The notes beneath the pieces were generated by a model, which was not told the DNA's origin, did not search any database, and saw only the letters and a list, made by a program, of their open reading frames with translations. From the NCBI GenBank assembly GCA_032718475.1, contig JAUCBJ010004788.1:1-33057 (forward strand): a stretch of DNA of 33,057 nt, read 5' to 3'. The translations under genes were made by a program, and so were the position numbers. Shown here in pieces: positions 1-11,602 of the stretch. Position 1 is the stretch's first letter. Each line of letters starts with the position of its first letter. This stretch comes from Nemertoderma westbladi. Lineage: Eukaryota; Animalia; Xenacoelomorpha.

Positions 1-1591
1 CCAACAACCCACGTCCCGCAGTACCAACAGTGCTACAGTACAACCCATAGGACCAACAACCCACAGCAGCTACAACCCCCACGTCCCGCAGTACCAACAG
101 TGCTACAGTACAACCCATAGGACCAACAACCCACAGCAGCTACAACCCACGTCCCGCAGTACCAACAGTGCTACAGTACAACCCATAGGACCAACAACCC
201 ACAGCAGCTACAACCCACGTCCCGCAGTACCAACAGTGCTACAGTACAACCCATAGGACCAACAACCCACGTCCCGCAGTACCAACAGTGCTACAGTACA
301 ACCCATAGGACCAACAACCCACAGCAGCTACAACCCACGTCCCGCAGTACCAACAGTGCTACAGTACAACCCATAGGACCAACAACCCACAGCAGCTACA
401 ACCCACGTCCAGCAGTACCATCAGTGCTACAGTACAACCCATAGGACCAACAACCCACGTCCCGCAGTACCAACAGTGCTACAGTACAACCCATAGGACC
501 AACAACCCACAGCAGCTACAACCCACGTCCCGCAGTACCAACAGTGCTACAGTACAACCCATAGGACCAACAACCCACAGCAGCTACAACCCACGTCCCG
601 CAGTACCAACAGTGCTACAGTACAACCCATAGGACCAACAACCCACAGCAGCTACAACCCACGTCCAGCAGTACCATCAGTGCTACAGTACAACCCATAG
701 GACCAACAACCCACAGTGCTACAGTACAACCCATAGGACCAACAACCCACAGTGCTACAGTACAACCCATAGAACCAACAACCCACGTCCCGCAGTACCA
801 ACAGTGCTACAGTACAACCCATAGGACCAACAACCCACAGCAGCTACAACCCACGTCCCGCAGTACCAACAGTGCTACAGTACAACCCATAGGACCAACA
901 ACCCACAGCAGCTACAACCCACGTCCCGCAGTACCAACAGTGCTACAGTACAACCCATAGGAACAACAACCCACAGCAGCTACAACCCACGTCCCGCAGT
1001 ACCAACAGTGCTACAGTACAACCCATAGGACCAACAACCCACAGCAGCTACAACCCACGTCCCGCAGTACCAACAGTGCTACAGTACAACCCATAGGACC
1101 AACAACCCACAGCAGCTACAACCCACGTCCCGCAGTACCAACAGTGCTACAGTACAACCCATAGGACCAACAACCCACGTCCCGCAGTACCAACAGTGCT
1201 ACAGTACAACCCATAGGACCAACAACCCACAGTGCTACAGTACAACCCATGGAACCAACAACCCACGTCCCGCAGTACCAACAGTGCTACAGTACAACCC
1301 ATAGGACCAACAACCCACAGCAGCTACAACCCACGTCCCGCAGTACCAACAGTGCTACAGTACAACCCATAGGACCAACAACCCACAGCAGCTACAACCC
1401 ACGTCCCGCAGTACCAACAGTGCTACAGTACAACCCATAGGACCAACAACCCACAGCAGCTACAACCCACGTCCCGCAGTACCAACAGTGCTACAGTACA
1501 ACCCATAGGACCAACAACCCACAGCAGCTACAACCCACGTCCCGCAGTACCAACAGTGCTACAGTACAACCCATAGGACCAACAACCCACA
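1..1591. repeat. Minisatellite, 68-nt unit with 52- and 36-nt deletion variants; continues past window start
   Basis: Unit ccacgtcccgcagtaccaacagtgctacagtacaacccataggaccaacaacccacagcagctacaac, roughly 25 units. Confidence 0.97.
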
Positions 1592-1756
1592 GTTTATATC
1601 AAATAAAATTTCTTTAAAAAAAAAGGTTAATATCCAATAAAAATCGGTATTATAAATCTTCTACAGACTATTAATTATTTGTCACAATTTCTCCGCGTCT
1701 GCAAATGATTATTCCCGAAGTGTGCACTAAGTTGATTTATTTATTATCATATAGAG

Positions 1757-2662
1757 TTATTTATCACTTTTAGCAACACTTTCCTTATTTATCACTTTTA
1801 GCATACGATTGCCTTATTTATCACTTTTAGCCTACGATTGCCTTATTTATCACTTTTAGCATACCATTGCCTTAGTTATTACTTTTAGCATACCATTGCC
1901 TTATTTATCACTTTTAGCATACGATTGCCTTATTTATCACGTTTTGCAACAATTGCCTTATTTATCACGTTTTGCAACAATTGCCTTATTTATCACTTTT
2001 AGCATACCTTTGCCTTATTTATAACTTTTAGCATACGATTGCCTTATTTATCACTTTTAGCATACCATTGCCTTATTTATCCCTGTTTGCATAAAATTTG
2101 CGTTATTTATCACTTTTAGCATACCATTGCCTTATTTATCACGTTTTGCATAAAATTTGCGTTATTTATCACTTTTAGCATACCATTGCCTTATTTATCA
2201 CTTTTTGCATAAAATTTGCGTTATTTATCACTTTTAGCATACCATTGCCTTATTTATCACTTTTTGCATAAAATTTGCGTTATTTATCACTTTTAGCATA
2301 CCATTGCCTTATTTATCACTTTTTGCATAAAATTTGCGTTATTTATCACTTTTAGCATACCATTGCCTTATTTATCACTTTTTGCATAAAATTTGCGTTA
2401 TTTATCACTTTTAGCATACCATTGCCTTATTTATCACTTTTTGCATAAAATTTGCGTTATTTATCACTTTTAGCATACAATTGCCTTATTTATCACTTTT
2501 TGCATAAAATTTGCGTTATTTATCACTTTTAGCATACCATTGCCTTATTTATCACTTTTTGCATAAAATTTGCGTTATTTATCACTTTTAGCATACGATT
2601 GCCTTATTTATCACTTTTTGCATAAAATTTGCGTTATTTATCACTTTTAGCATACGATTGCC
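1757..2662 (+). repeat. 29/30-nt tandem array (59-nt dimer) copying the splice acceptor of the next exon
   Basis: ttatttatcacttttAG|catac(c/g)attgcc alternates with ttatttatcactttttgcataaaatttgcg; the last copy is the real acceptor and exon start (2651). Confidence 0.93.
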
Positions 2663-2759
2663 TGTAGTAAAACTGGCGTTCCGAACTTAATCTTCGAACT
2701 AGAGAACCCCGACAGTTCTGCATTTAAATTGAATGGAGCTGTACTCGAAGTGAAAGACG
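2651..2759 (+). CDS. Cadherin exon 1 in window (HTIACSKTGVPNLIFELENPDSSAFKLNGAVLEVKD)
   Basis: ttttag acceptor 2649-50, gtaagt donor 2760, phase 1 matches next exon; an alternative AG at 2666-67 cannot be excluded. Confidence 0.75.
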
Positions 2760-2984
2760 GTAAGTGGAATTAGTTGTTCCTACTGCTACAACCATCGAGC
2801 ATTACTTAATACATTACAGCTTGGCTTGAGTTTACGTTAGCCATTACACTTCTGTGTGTATTAACTATAAACATTACAGCGCGATTATCATTTACTTTAC
2901 ACATCTATGTTAAACCGGAAAGCTGCATTAAAAAAATGAAAACTAGGCCGGTTTATCGTCAAAACTGCGCCGCCTTATCTCCCA

Positions 2985-3320
2985 ACTACTGTGAGATTAG
3001 CCGAAACATCAGATTCTTTATGGAAGTCATGGGCTGTCCGCCACGCTTATTCTCTACAAGAGGCCCCCAAAGCACAATATTGTACACAGGCTGACCCTTA
3101 AAGCGATGTCCTGCAAAGCGGGGGCGGCTCTGATCGTTCAAGTGCCATTTGGGGGACTGCTGAGACTCTTCCCATGCTGTATAGTGACTGATTGGAGATG
3201 TGTTCATTGAAACCGGCGTCGCATTCTAGTCTAAGTGCTATTTGAGAGATTTGTGGTCCTCAGCACCTGGATTCCCATTAGCACTGGTTTTACTGCTGCT
3301 CGAGATTCCGTTTTATTCTA
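2985..3320 (-). mobile_element. RTE-clade LINE 3' end remnant
   Basis: Encodes RPRFAGHRF...QPVYNIVLW...GGQPMT, like RTE ORF C-termini; four related copies elsewhere in the window. Confidence 0.7.
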
Positions 3321-3554
3321 TGTAATTTACACATTAAAGGTCGATCAGCATTTAAAAAGAAAAGTAAAAGTTCAGTACAGTACAGTACAGCACAGTACAG
3401 TATTACATACAGTCCCTTTCTAATTGCGAAGTTTTTCAATTTTTATGATAAAATTTAAGAAGTAGAATAAAAATCATGTATATGCATTGTTGATAAATTT
3501 ATTTCGAACATCGATAATGGACCACGGAATTACGACTTTATTATATTATTTCAG

Positions 3555-3748
3555 TGGCATTAATTGATTACGACGCCGGCTACCACCGGCAACTTGACCG
3601 CATAAAGGTGTTTGAGACTGGGAGCGACGATTTCACATACATTACGAGTTACGTCACAATACAGGCGGAGCAGGAGACATCCCCTGTGTTCACCGGAGTG
3701 CCAACTGGCAGCAATATACATGTACCTGAGAATTCTCCTTATGGAACT
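3555..3748 (+). CDS. Cadherin exon 2 (ALIDYD...HVPENSPYGT)
   Basis: tttcag / gtaagt; IDYD and PEN motifs. Confidence 0.9.
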
Positions 3749-4598
3749 GTAAGTTCTACTTGTCATTCTCTCTATGTAGGCCCATATATTGTCTAAGTTG
3801 GCTAGTATACATGGCCCGTAACCGAACCCGTAACCGTTCGCGATCAGCCATTCATCATCATCAGCGATCATCCCTAATTCATCTACATTATCGAGTATGA
3901 ATGTCTGACGACCACGTTTTATATTGTCTGTCAGCCGGGTGATAAAAAAGATATCATTGATTAGATATGAGATAACAGAGGTCTACAAGACGCAGCTATC
4001 CTTATGTAGTTCTGCGCGATGGGTTTTAGTAATGAAACAATAGATTGTACAACGCCTCATTTGTTAAGAGAGCATTGTAACACTCAACTCACGATTCGTG
4101 ACATATTCAAAACTCCTGCAGCTTTCACGGATATTTGCATGGATAATGATACTGAAAGGCCACAGCATTAATGGCTGACCGAGATGTGAGTCATTTTGGC
4201 TGAGCATACCGCTAAAGTACCGTTGAAGATTTCCGTTGTCTGAAAATTTGAACGTTAATAACTCTGTGAATCCTCTCTGAATACATGTTGTAGTTTGTCA
4301 AAAGTTTAGAAATTTCACAGATGTAAAATATTGAGTGGGGCTTTAGAGTAGCACGTGACCGCGCAGTACAAGTGAATATTCCACGAACGTGTGTGTACCT
4401 GTTGGAACCTGTACGTGTACATACGTCAAGTTTTATTAGTATGCTGGCTGGTATTATATAGGAGGATCAATAAGCAGAGCATTATCGGCAGTCATTACGG
4501 AGATATGCATCTCGAACAGTCGTTTATCTTACAATTAGGCGTCTTCTTCTCAGTTTGGTGTTGTGCCAATTTCTTACTACAGTGTGCTTATTTTGTAG

Positions 4599-4764
4599 GT
4601 CGTCGCAACTATTACGGTAACTGATCCAGATTTGGGTCCTACTGGGCCAATGACGGCGTTGGCCTTGGATAACGACTTCGGGATATTCCAACTGAGGGAA
4701 GACTGGTCTCAGCAAAAAACGACAGGACAGGTTACAGCAGACCTCTACATCGAGCAAAATAAAT
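4599..4764 (+). CDS. Cadherin exon 3 (VVATITVTDPDLGPTG...)
   Basis: ttgtag / gttagt; TDPD motif; phase 0 to 1. Confidence 0.9.
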
Positions 4765-5276
4765 GTTAGTAAAAGACGTTTGTCGTTTATCGTTTTTTTA
4801 CGTGAAGACAGTCAATCTCAATATGTGTCAGTTATCTAATTAATAATTAGGGTTCGTATAAATTAGTGCAGGACCCTCCAGTTTACCTCAATCAATAATT
4901 GGTACTCCTTACAAAATTATCTTGCCTAAATTATCTTGTTTAAATATTTTCTTTCTCAAATTTTACAAATCTCTGATCATCGATCAACTTATTTGTTACG
5001 TAATGGGTATAATAATGACGGGGGTCTAATAATAAATTTTAACTTTAATAAATTATCTTTTTAATTCATCTGAAGAAAGTGAAAGTTGTCAAATAGAATT
5101 ATAAAAGAGCAAATACATTACCCGTAACCCTAAACTCACTTCCACTAATATATATTGATGACATGTGTCTCGAAATTTATGTAACATCAATATCTAATTA
5201 ACAACGAATCATTCAAACTAATTCCATTCAATGTAACAGACAATATTATATGGGAACATTTATATTGTATTTGCAG

Positions 5277-5421
5277 TGTTGGATAAAGAGGGGACAGCAT
5301 CTTTCGCTGTTAATATTAAGGCTACTGACCCTGGTGGGACTACAAATCATCTAATCAATGTTATTGTGGACAATGTCAATGAGTTTACTCCAAAGTGTGT
5401 CGCTAGTTCCGTTGTATTAAC
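5277..5421 (+). CDS. Cadherin exon 4 (LDKEG...ATDPGG...DNVNEFTPKC)
   Basis: ttgcag / gtgagt; phase 1 to 2. Confidence 0.9.
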
Positions 5422-5746
5422 GTGAGTACAGAACACCGTTAAAATACTTCCCTACCTGAGTAAAGAATAACGTTACAATAGTTCCCTCCCTCAATAACTT
5501 GGTATAGGATATGAGACAAAATACGTTCAGTTCTGTGTTAATAATACAATCCATGGATGCCGCCATTCACATCTATATGCTGGATACATAGAATTCTAGA
5601 ATGAGGATATTATACTGTTACTAAACTAAATTATCATATTCGTTGGCCGGCAGGTGTTATTTACTTATTATATCTAGGAATTAAACTCACATTTTTCATT
5701 ATTATCAAAAACATACAGAACACGCTACTTTTTATTAAATATCAAC

Positions 5747-6823
5747 ATGGACTTTTGTCTCCAAATACTGGCAAAGATAGTGAAACCTATTTTGAAATTC
5801 GGTGTATTGTGTACAAAAATGTTTCATCCTCTTTTCAAATGTCTATTTATAAGTTTAACTTTATTTGTTGTGCTGATTAGTCTTGTACTCTACCTACCGT
5901 ACTATATAGCATATAAACCAGTCGCTGTAACAACGGTACATTCACTCTTCAGTTTATGGCTCCTGACTAACTACTTTTATAATTACTACAAGACCGCGAC
6001 AATTAAATCAGATGAACCAATACAACATATGCAACAAATATATCATAGTCGCCCAATATGCGGAGATAAGAATACCTTGAGTCCAACGGTAAATGAGGAA
6101 GCTTTCAGTGGAAATGGAAACAATCTACAAAGTACAATAAACATCAAAGACTCAGTGTCAATGACAATACGATGTTGGAGATGCCATAAAGATAAGTCTC
6201 CAAGAACTCACCACTGTATTATTTGCGACAGATGCATAGTCCGCATGGATCACCATTGTCCTTGGGTTGGCCAGTGCATTGGCTTGAGTAATCATAAGAA
6301 TTTCTTAATGTTTCTAATTTATCTCTTTATCGGTGTCTGCTACGTGTGGTGGGTGACCGTGGACGAAGCCTACAGACCATTCAGCCGGCGAGAATTCTAC
6401 ATACCAGCGACCATGAAACTGAGGTATATACTTGGCCCTGTTATGGATAATATTGTATACTTCGATGCTATGGACTATCAACAGACGCGTCGGTGGTGGG
6501 AGGATTTCTTTGAGATGTTGATTGTTGTCTCTCATCGCATCGCTGCCATTTCTATCCTCGTCCATGGCGTCTTCCTCTTACAGCAATGTATCTTAATATC
6601 GGTAAATGTAACCACCGTTGAATTCTGGTGGATGGTCATCGGTTACAAGGGAGAGGGCCGCTCCAATGGCTGCCGTTACTCGTGGCAGCATTTTAGGAGT
6701 AATTGGATTGAGTTGCTAGGCAACAATAGCGGTTACTTGGATTGGTTATCACTTTTGTTACCTGGTTACCGATCTCTGCGAACACGCTACACAATCGCAG
6801 GTAACAATCTGCTGGAATTATAG
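5747..6823 (+). CDS. Intronless DHHC-type protein S-palmitoyltransferase (ZDHHC family, possibly ZDHHC16-like), nested in a cadherin intron
   Basis: 358-aa ORF with CWRC..KSPRTHHCIICDRCIVRMDHHCPWVGQCIGLSNHKNF domain, TTVE motif, NWIELLG and hydrophobic TM segments; caacATGG start context. Confidence 0.93.
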   Translation: MDFCLQILAKIVKPILKFGVLCTKMFHPLFKCLFISLTLFVVLISLVLYLPYYIAYKPVAVTTVHSLFSLWLLTNYFYNYYKTATIKSDEPIQHMQQIYHSRPICGDKNTLSPTVNEEAFSGNGNNLQSTINIKDSVSMTIRCWRCHKDKSPRTHHCIICDRCIVRMDHHCPWVGQCIGLSNHKNFLMFLIYLFIGVCYVWWVTVDEAYRPFSRREFYIPATMKLRYILGPVMDNIVYFDAMDYQQTRRWWEDFFEMLIVVSHRIAAISILVHGVFLLQQCILISVNVTTVEFWWMVIGYKGEGRSNGCRYSWQHFRSNWIELLGNNSGYLDWLSLLLPGYRSLRTRYTIAGNNLLEL

Positions 6824-6875
6824 GCATGATCCTAATCTAGTGTTAACTATTGTCCAGTTTTTAATGTGTTTCAAT

Positions 6876-6881
6876 AATAAA
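6876..6881 (+). promoter_or_regulatory. Candidate polyadenylation signal of the DHHC gene
   Basis: AATAAA starts 53 nt after the stop codon; the region is AT-rich, so a chance match is possible. Confidence 0.5.
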
Positions 6882-7478
6882 TCATCATTAAATCTTATCA
6901 ATATACGGAACTATTGTGCTTTACCACCTTTTTTGGCAATTTTTTATGTGTATGAAAATAATAATAATTCTTTATATATTTAAATGACACCATAAAAATA
7001 AATAGTAATGGTTTGACAAGTAAAATAATAATTAATTAATAATATAGATATCTCACATGTGTGGTTTATTCTAGATAAAACAATTATTTCCAGAATTCAA
7101 GAATTTCCAATTAGCTGAGCATTCCAAAATATATTATCAGATATAATAGATGGTTAAGCAAGCATACCATCCACAATCAATTAGCTAACAAAACTTTAGA
7201 TATTAGGTTGTCCTATTATTTGTACAAATTTATTAGTTAAAAGATTTCGAATTCTAGATTTCGAAACTAGGTAATGTTCTCGAATATCTAAACAGTAATA
7301 AAATTGTTAACAAGCTTTAGAAGAAAAGAAATAAAAATGAAAATTGATTCAAATTTTCACAATTTGTTTGATTTTTCGATTTACCTTAAATTTCCAAGTT
7401 TAGCTATTAAATTCCGGCTGCATGGTTTAGGACGCCGTGCTGGCTGACACGGGAGTTTAATTCAAGGTACGGTAAAAC

Positions 7479-7496
7479 CAAGATGTACTAAATAAC

Positions 7497-7536
<40 letters not shown>

Positions 7537-7639
7537 TAAATAAATATATAGGTAAATATATAAATAAATAGGGAAAAGATCGGCCTCCGCTAATTTCAGC
7601 AATCCGCTCGCTGCATGACCTGTTATTTAGTACACCTTG
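7479..7639. mobile_element. MITE, 18-bp TIRs and 8-bp TSD (P- or hAT-like)
   Basis: TIRs caagatgtactaaataac / gttatttagtacaccttg (17/18 match); GGTAAAAC at 7471-78 and 7640-47; internal (TA)n. Confidence 0.85.
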
Positions 7640-7789
7640 GGTAAAACAAAGCCATTGAATTTTTATTTAGTGTTCTAGAATTGTCGTAACTTTGCATTAT
7701 TGTGTGTTTTGCAATACCCTGTGGTATTTTTCATAATAACAGTGGCACTGTAAAGCACAAGAGACTCCTCGTGTAATGCATTGATGGAA

Positions 7790-8218
7790 CCTTAAGGTTC
7801 GATTATTTCTGGCAGCGGTTTACCAGTACTCTTTTATGGGAGTCCATGCTAAATGCCGAAGATACCAAATCTCTGGATGGCACTTTCACAAGAATGCTGC
7901 GCCGGGTTCATTGTGTCAAGTACAATGAACACATCTCCAACCAGACACTATATAACATTGGTTCCCCCAAGCTTGACACTTGAACGAAGTCGCCTCCGCT
8001 TTGCAGGACATTGCTTTCGCCGTGAGGACCAGCCAGTGCATAATATTGTACTTTGGTAGCCTCATGGAGTGATTAAGCATGGTGGAGAGCCCATGACTTT
8101 CTTGAGGCGCATCTTAAAGGACACTGGCCTTGAAGATGCGGATGATCTAGCAAATGTCATGGGTGATAGGGAGTTGTGGCGTCGCAATTTTGTTGACAAG
8201 CCAGCACAGCATTCTTAA
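7790..8218 (+). mobile_element. RTE-clade LINE 3' end remnant
   Basis: KVRLFLAAV... then RLRFAGHCFRREDQPVHNIVLW...MGDRELWR; contains stops and frameshifts. Confidence 0.75.
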
Positions 8219-8366
8219 AATGCAGCGGAGTCTCAAGAAAGTCATGGGCTGTCCACCATGCTTATTCACTACATGAGGATGCCAAAGCACAAAATTATGC
8301 AATGGCTGGTCCTCACGACGAAAACAATGTCCTGCAAAGCGGAAGCGGTTCCTTTCAAGTGTCAAG
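8219..8366 (-). mobile_element. RTE-clade LINE 3' end remnant, inverted relative to the adjacent copy
   Basis: RFRFAGHCFRREDQPLHNFVLW; reverse complement of ~7972-8106. Confidence 0.75.
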
Positions 8367-8874
8367 TAGTAGTATCACTAGAAAACTTGCGTTGCAAGGA
8401 TTCTAAATATGTAACAATGTCTGAATTTCGTTGAGAAACAGCTGATATCATTGCTTTCAACAACCTTCTGGAAAATTGTACGTGTTGCTACGCAATATAG
8501 ATATTGTTGAAAGGCATATTGTTGTTACCCCCAACTATTCATGAGAAAGTAATAAATGGCCCCCAGCAACCTTGGTTGAAGATATCACAGAATTTTGTGA
8601 ATAAATACCTAGCCAGTAACCTCTGTTGTTGCCTAGCAACTCAACCTAATTTCATTAATTAGTGTTTGATAATAAACATTACTGGATAATAACAATATTT
8701 CTGTATTCTCATTACTATAGCTATGAGCAATGATTCTTATGTTTAATGTTTAATATTGAGGTGGAGGAAGCAGAAGCTTATTGCACCTGTACAGACATAA
8801 TATAAAACAACAGTCAAATTATATTAAACTGAAACAAACTAAGTGCCTTACTTACTAAACTACCTAGCACTAAT

Positions 8875-9657
8875 TCATGTTGATAAAGAGTGTACGTAAA
8901 CGAAAGTATGTAGGGTTCCAGCCAAAAACAATCCATTTCCAGAGATAAAATCCTGAAGATGGACGGAATTGATGGAGGGCGATGTGAGTGATTGATGCAG
9001 ACTTGCATTAAAGTCTCCCAGGAATGTTAAGAATGCATGCTGATCCACTCCATCAGTAGCTGCTTGTATATTGTGGTAGAAATTTTTCACCTCCTCTACT
9101 GGGTCTACTCTAGCTGGAGAATAGCACACAATCAGGACCACCTTAGGAAACTTATTAGCCTGTATTCTAGAACATGAGAAGTGGCAACGGATGATGCGGT
9201 TAGAGATTTGGTCTATTTTGTCCAATGCTGCATGTGCAGTTGGATTTATCAATAGACCAATTCTACCATTTCTACTATCATCTGCTGAAACGAGGGCGAG
9301 TCGCCAACCGCCCCCCATGTCCTTAATCAGAACCTCATCAGTCTGTCCAGTCTGCATTCGGTGCTCTTGAATACCCACTGCACTAAGAGAATGCTTCTCT
9401 GCCAAGGCAGTCAGCTCACCTTGTCGCATTGGGGACCCGAGTGTTAGGGTGTTTACTGAGGCTAGTCTAGTGACTTGCCTCATGTTCATCAATGGCTTGG
9501 TTGGTCGGGGTGGAACATGAGAGTAGCTTCTAACTCCAGAATCCCTATCTGGCCTCCCTGATGACCCAGGGTTTGGGCCAGAAAGGTCATCAGGAAAGTT
9601 ACAGCGTCGAGGAGCGCGAAACGCCGCGAAATATCGTCGCTGCGTCTGTTCAAACAC
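8875..9657 (-). mobile_element. RTE-type LINE apurinic endonuclease (EEP) domain fragment
   Basis: RLASVNTLTL...VGIQEHR...GRIGLLI...ISNRII...IVCYSP...LGDFNA; no RT domain follows. Confidence 0.85.
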
Positions 9658-10220
9658 TTGTAATTTGTGGACTATACCGAATTAAGAAATATAAAAAAAA
9701 CGTGTTTTTTATTTTTATTTATTAAAAGAGGTAACCGTAGAAAAAAAATGTCAAAGTAGTCCTCAACTTTTATTTTACAATTACAGATTCCAGTATAGGC
9801 CTAATTAATATTATAGAAGTCCATGGATAATAACAAATGACTGACCTCTAAGTAGAATTTGGCTAATGATGACTCTTTAGGAATAATAATTAATCAATTC
9901 GATTCGACTCGTTGACTTACTTACGACTTGCTTAACGACATCTTGACTTCGTATCTAGTTAAGTAATTGAATAACTCAGAAGTGAAGAAGTTAATAAGTA
10001 ATATAACTATTTAATAGTGAATTATTCTATAAAGAATCATAAAGTCGGTTTTTATGCTAATTAAATAAATTGGAGATGTGCTGTTGCAACTGTAATTAAT
10101 GATGTTATATAAATGGTTTTGTTCAGAAATGGAAAAAATAAGAAAGCACGTCACCGGGGGTTGAACCAGCGCAATACGTACGTTCCGATGTAATGCCTAC
10201 TTTTCCGTTATTGTTATTAG

Positions 10221-10407
10221 GTTACAGGAGAACGATGCAACGCCGCCTACTTTTCCGTTAGATTTGGTAGGAGACCTAAAGTGCACTGATGAAGATAGCG
10301 ACACATTGATTTACTCTTTGGTGTCCGAGGATCCACAGGGATATCTAAAAGTAGTCAACACTCCGGCATCTGGTAAACTACAGGCCATAAAAGCATTCGA
10401 TTATGAG
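10221..10407 (+). CDS. Cadherin exon 5 (LQENDA...CTDEDSD...AFDYE)
   Basis: tattag / gtagga; phase 2 matches exon 4. Confidence 0.88.
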
Positions 10408-10717
10408 GTAGGAACATTGTCCATTCATGGCACAATATGCTGAATGTCGACAGTAAAAAACTGTTTAATTCAAATTAATTATAAAATCAACCATGTTATA
10501 CTGCTTGGTAATATTACTTGGTTTACACATTTTGACGATTATTAATTGAAATAATTTTATTAAAAATAAAAAGTTTTTTTTTGTGGCCCTATATTTTGTT
10601 TAAAAAAAGTCTAATATATTCGATCAGCGTGCTACAGTACACACAATTAAAGATTTACGGTATACTGTACTACTTATCTTTTTTATCTGGTATAAACATC
10701 CAACTGATATCCCTTAG

Positions 10718-10976
10718 AATTCCGCTGTACCTTCTCATCAACACCACGGTCTGGTGGAAGTTAACGACCAGAATGGCCTCGTCTACTACCTCCCCATCCT
10801 CATTGACGTGACCCCAAAGAACGACGGAGGCCCCACCATCAGTGTCATCCACTCCTCCATCTCCTTACCCGAGAACTACCCTCTCAACACGGCCATCTCC
10901 GATTTCGGATTGACTGTCGCCGATCCAGACAGCGGTTGCGATTGTGACGACGGCACTATTTCTTACACGATAAATA
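10718..10976 (+). CDS. Cadherin exon 6 (...PKNDGGP...LPENYP...ADPDSG)
   Basis: ccttag / gttagt. Confidence 0.9.
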
Positions 10977-11602
10977 GTTAGTGGCTGATAATATTTGGAA
11001 AAATAATTCCTTAATAAGATTCTACAACAAATTAACTTATATTTTATGAGATTGTTATTATATTCCACAATTTAAATAATTTATCCATTTTTCCGATGGT
11101 GTATGGGTCAATAAACTTAAAAGTGGCCAAAAAGGGGTACAAATTAACCACAAAAAATTTTTGTCGGAAATTAGTGCCATACCATACACCATTCGAAAGA
11201 TAATTTCATGGCGAATCTTGTGATGGTAGAGGGAGAGCATGACGCGCTGCTCAAAGGGAGATATATGGCAAAAACTAATGTCATATCTGTAACGTTTTTG
11301 TCTACCACTGTAACGCATTACAGTGATGACATTTTTGGGACAAACGTCTGTAACGGCCATCTGTAACGGTAATTATGTTAATATTCTCAATATTCTCAAT
11401 CATGAATCACATTAAATTTTAATAATGTGGAAGTGCTTCCATTAGGCATGTATGCATATATAGTTAAACTTAAAATCAGTAATGCCATTAAGTTTGTTTT
11501 TTTCTGCTATTACTGTACAGTATTATTGTTTTTCTGTCATTATCAACAATCGTGACAAATGTAACCTAACAATTATTTAACAACCACTTTATTCGATTTC
11601 AG

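Noticed and set aside
1249-1440. 63-aa P/Q/T-rich ORF
   Set aside because: Translation of the minisatellite after a point change creating ATG.
2759-2770. GGTAAGTGGAAT identical to the exon 16 array junction
   Set aside because: Seven of the 12 nt are donor consensus; the rest is plausibly chance and flanks do not match.
11285-11370. Repeated CTGTAACG motif
   Set aside because: Four short copies with no definable termini or TSD; probably a decayed repeat.
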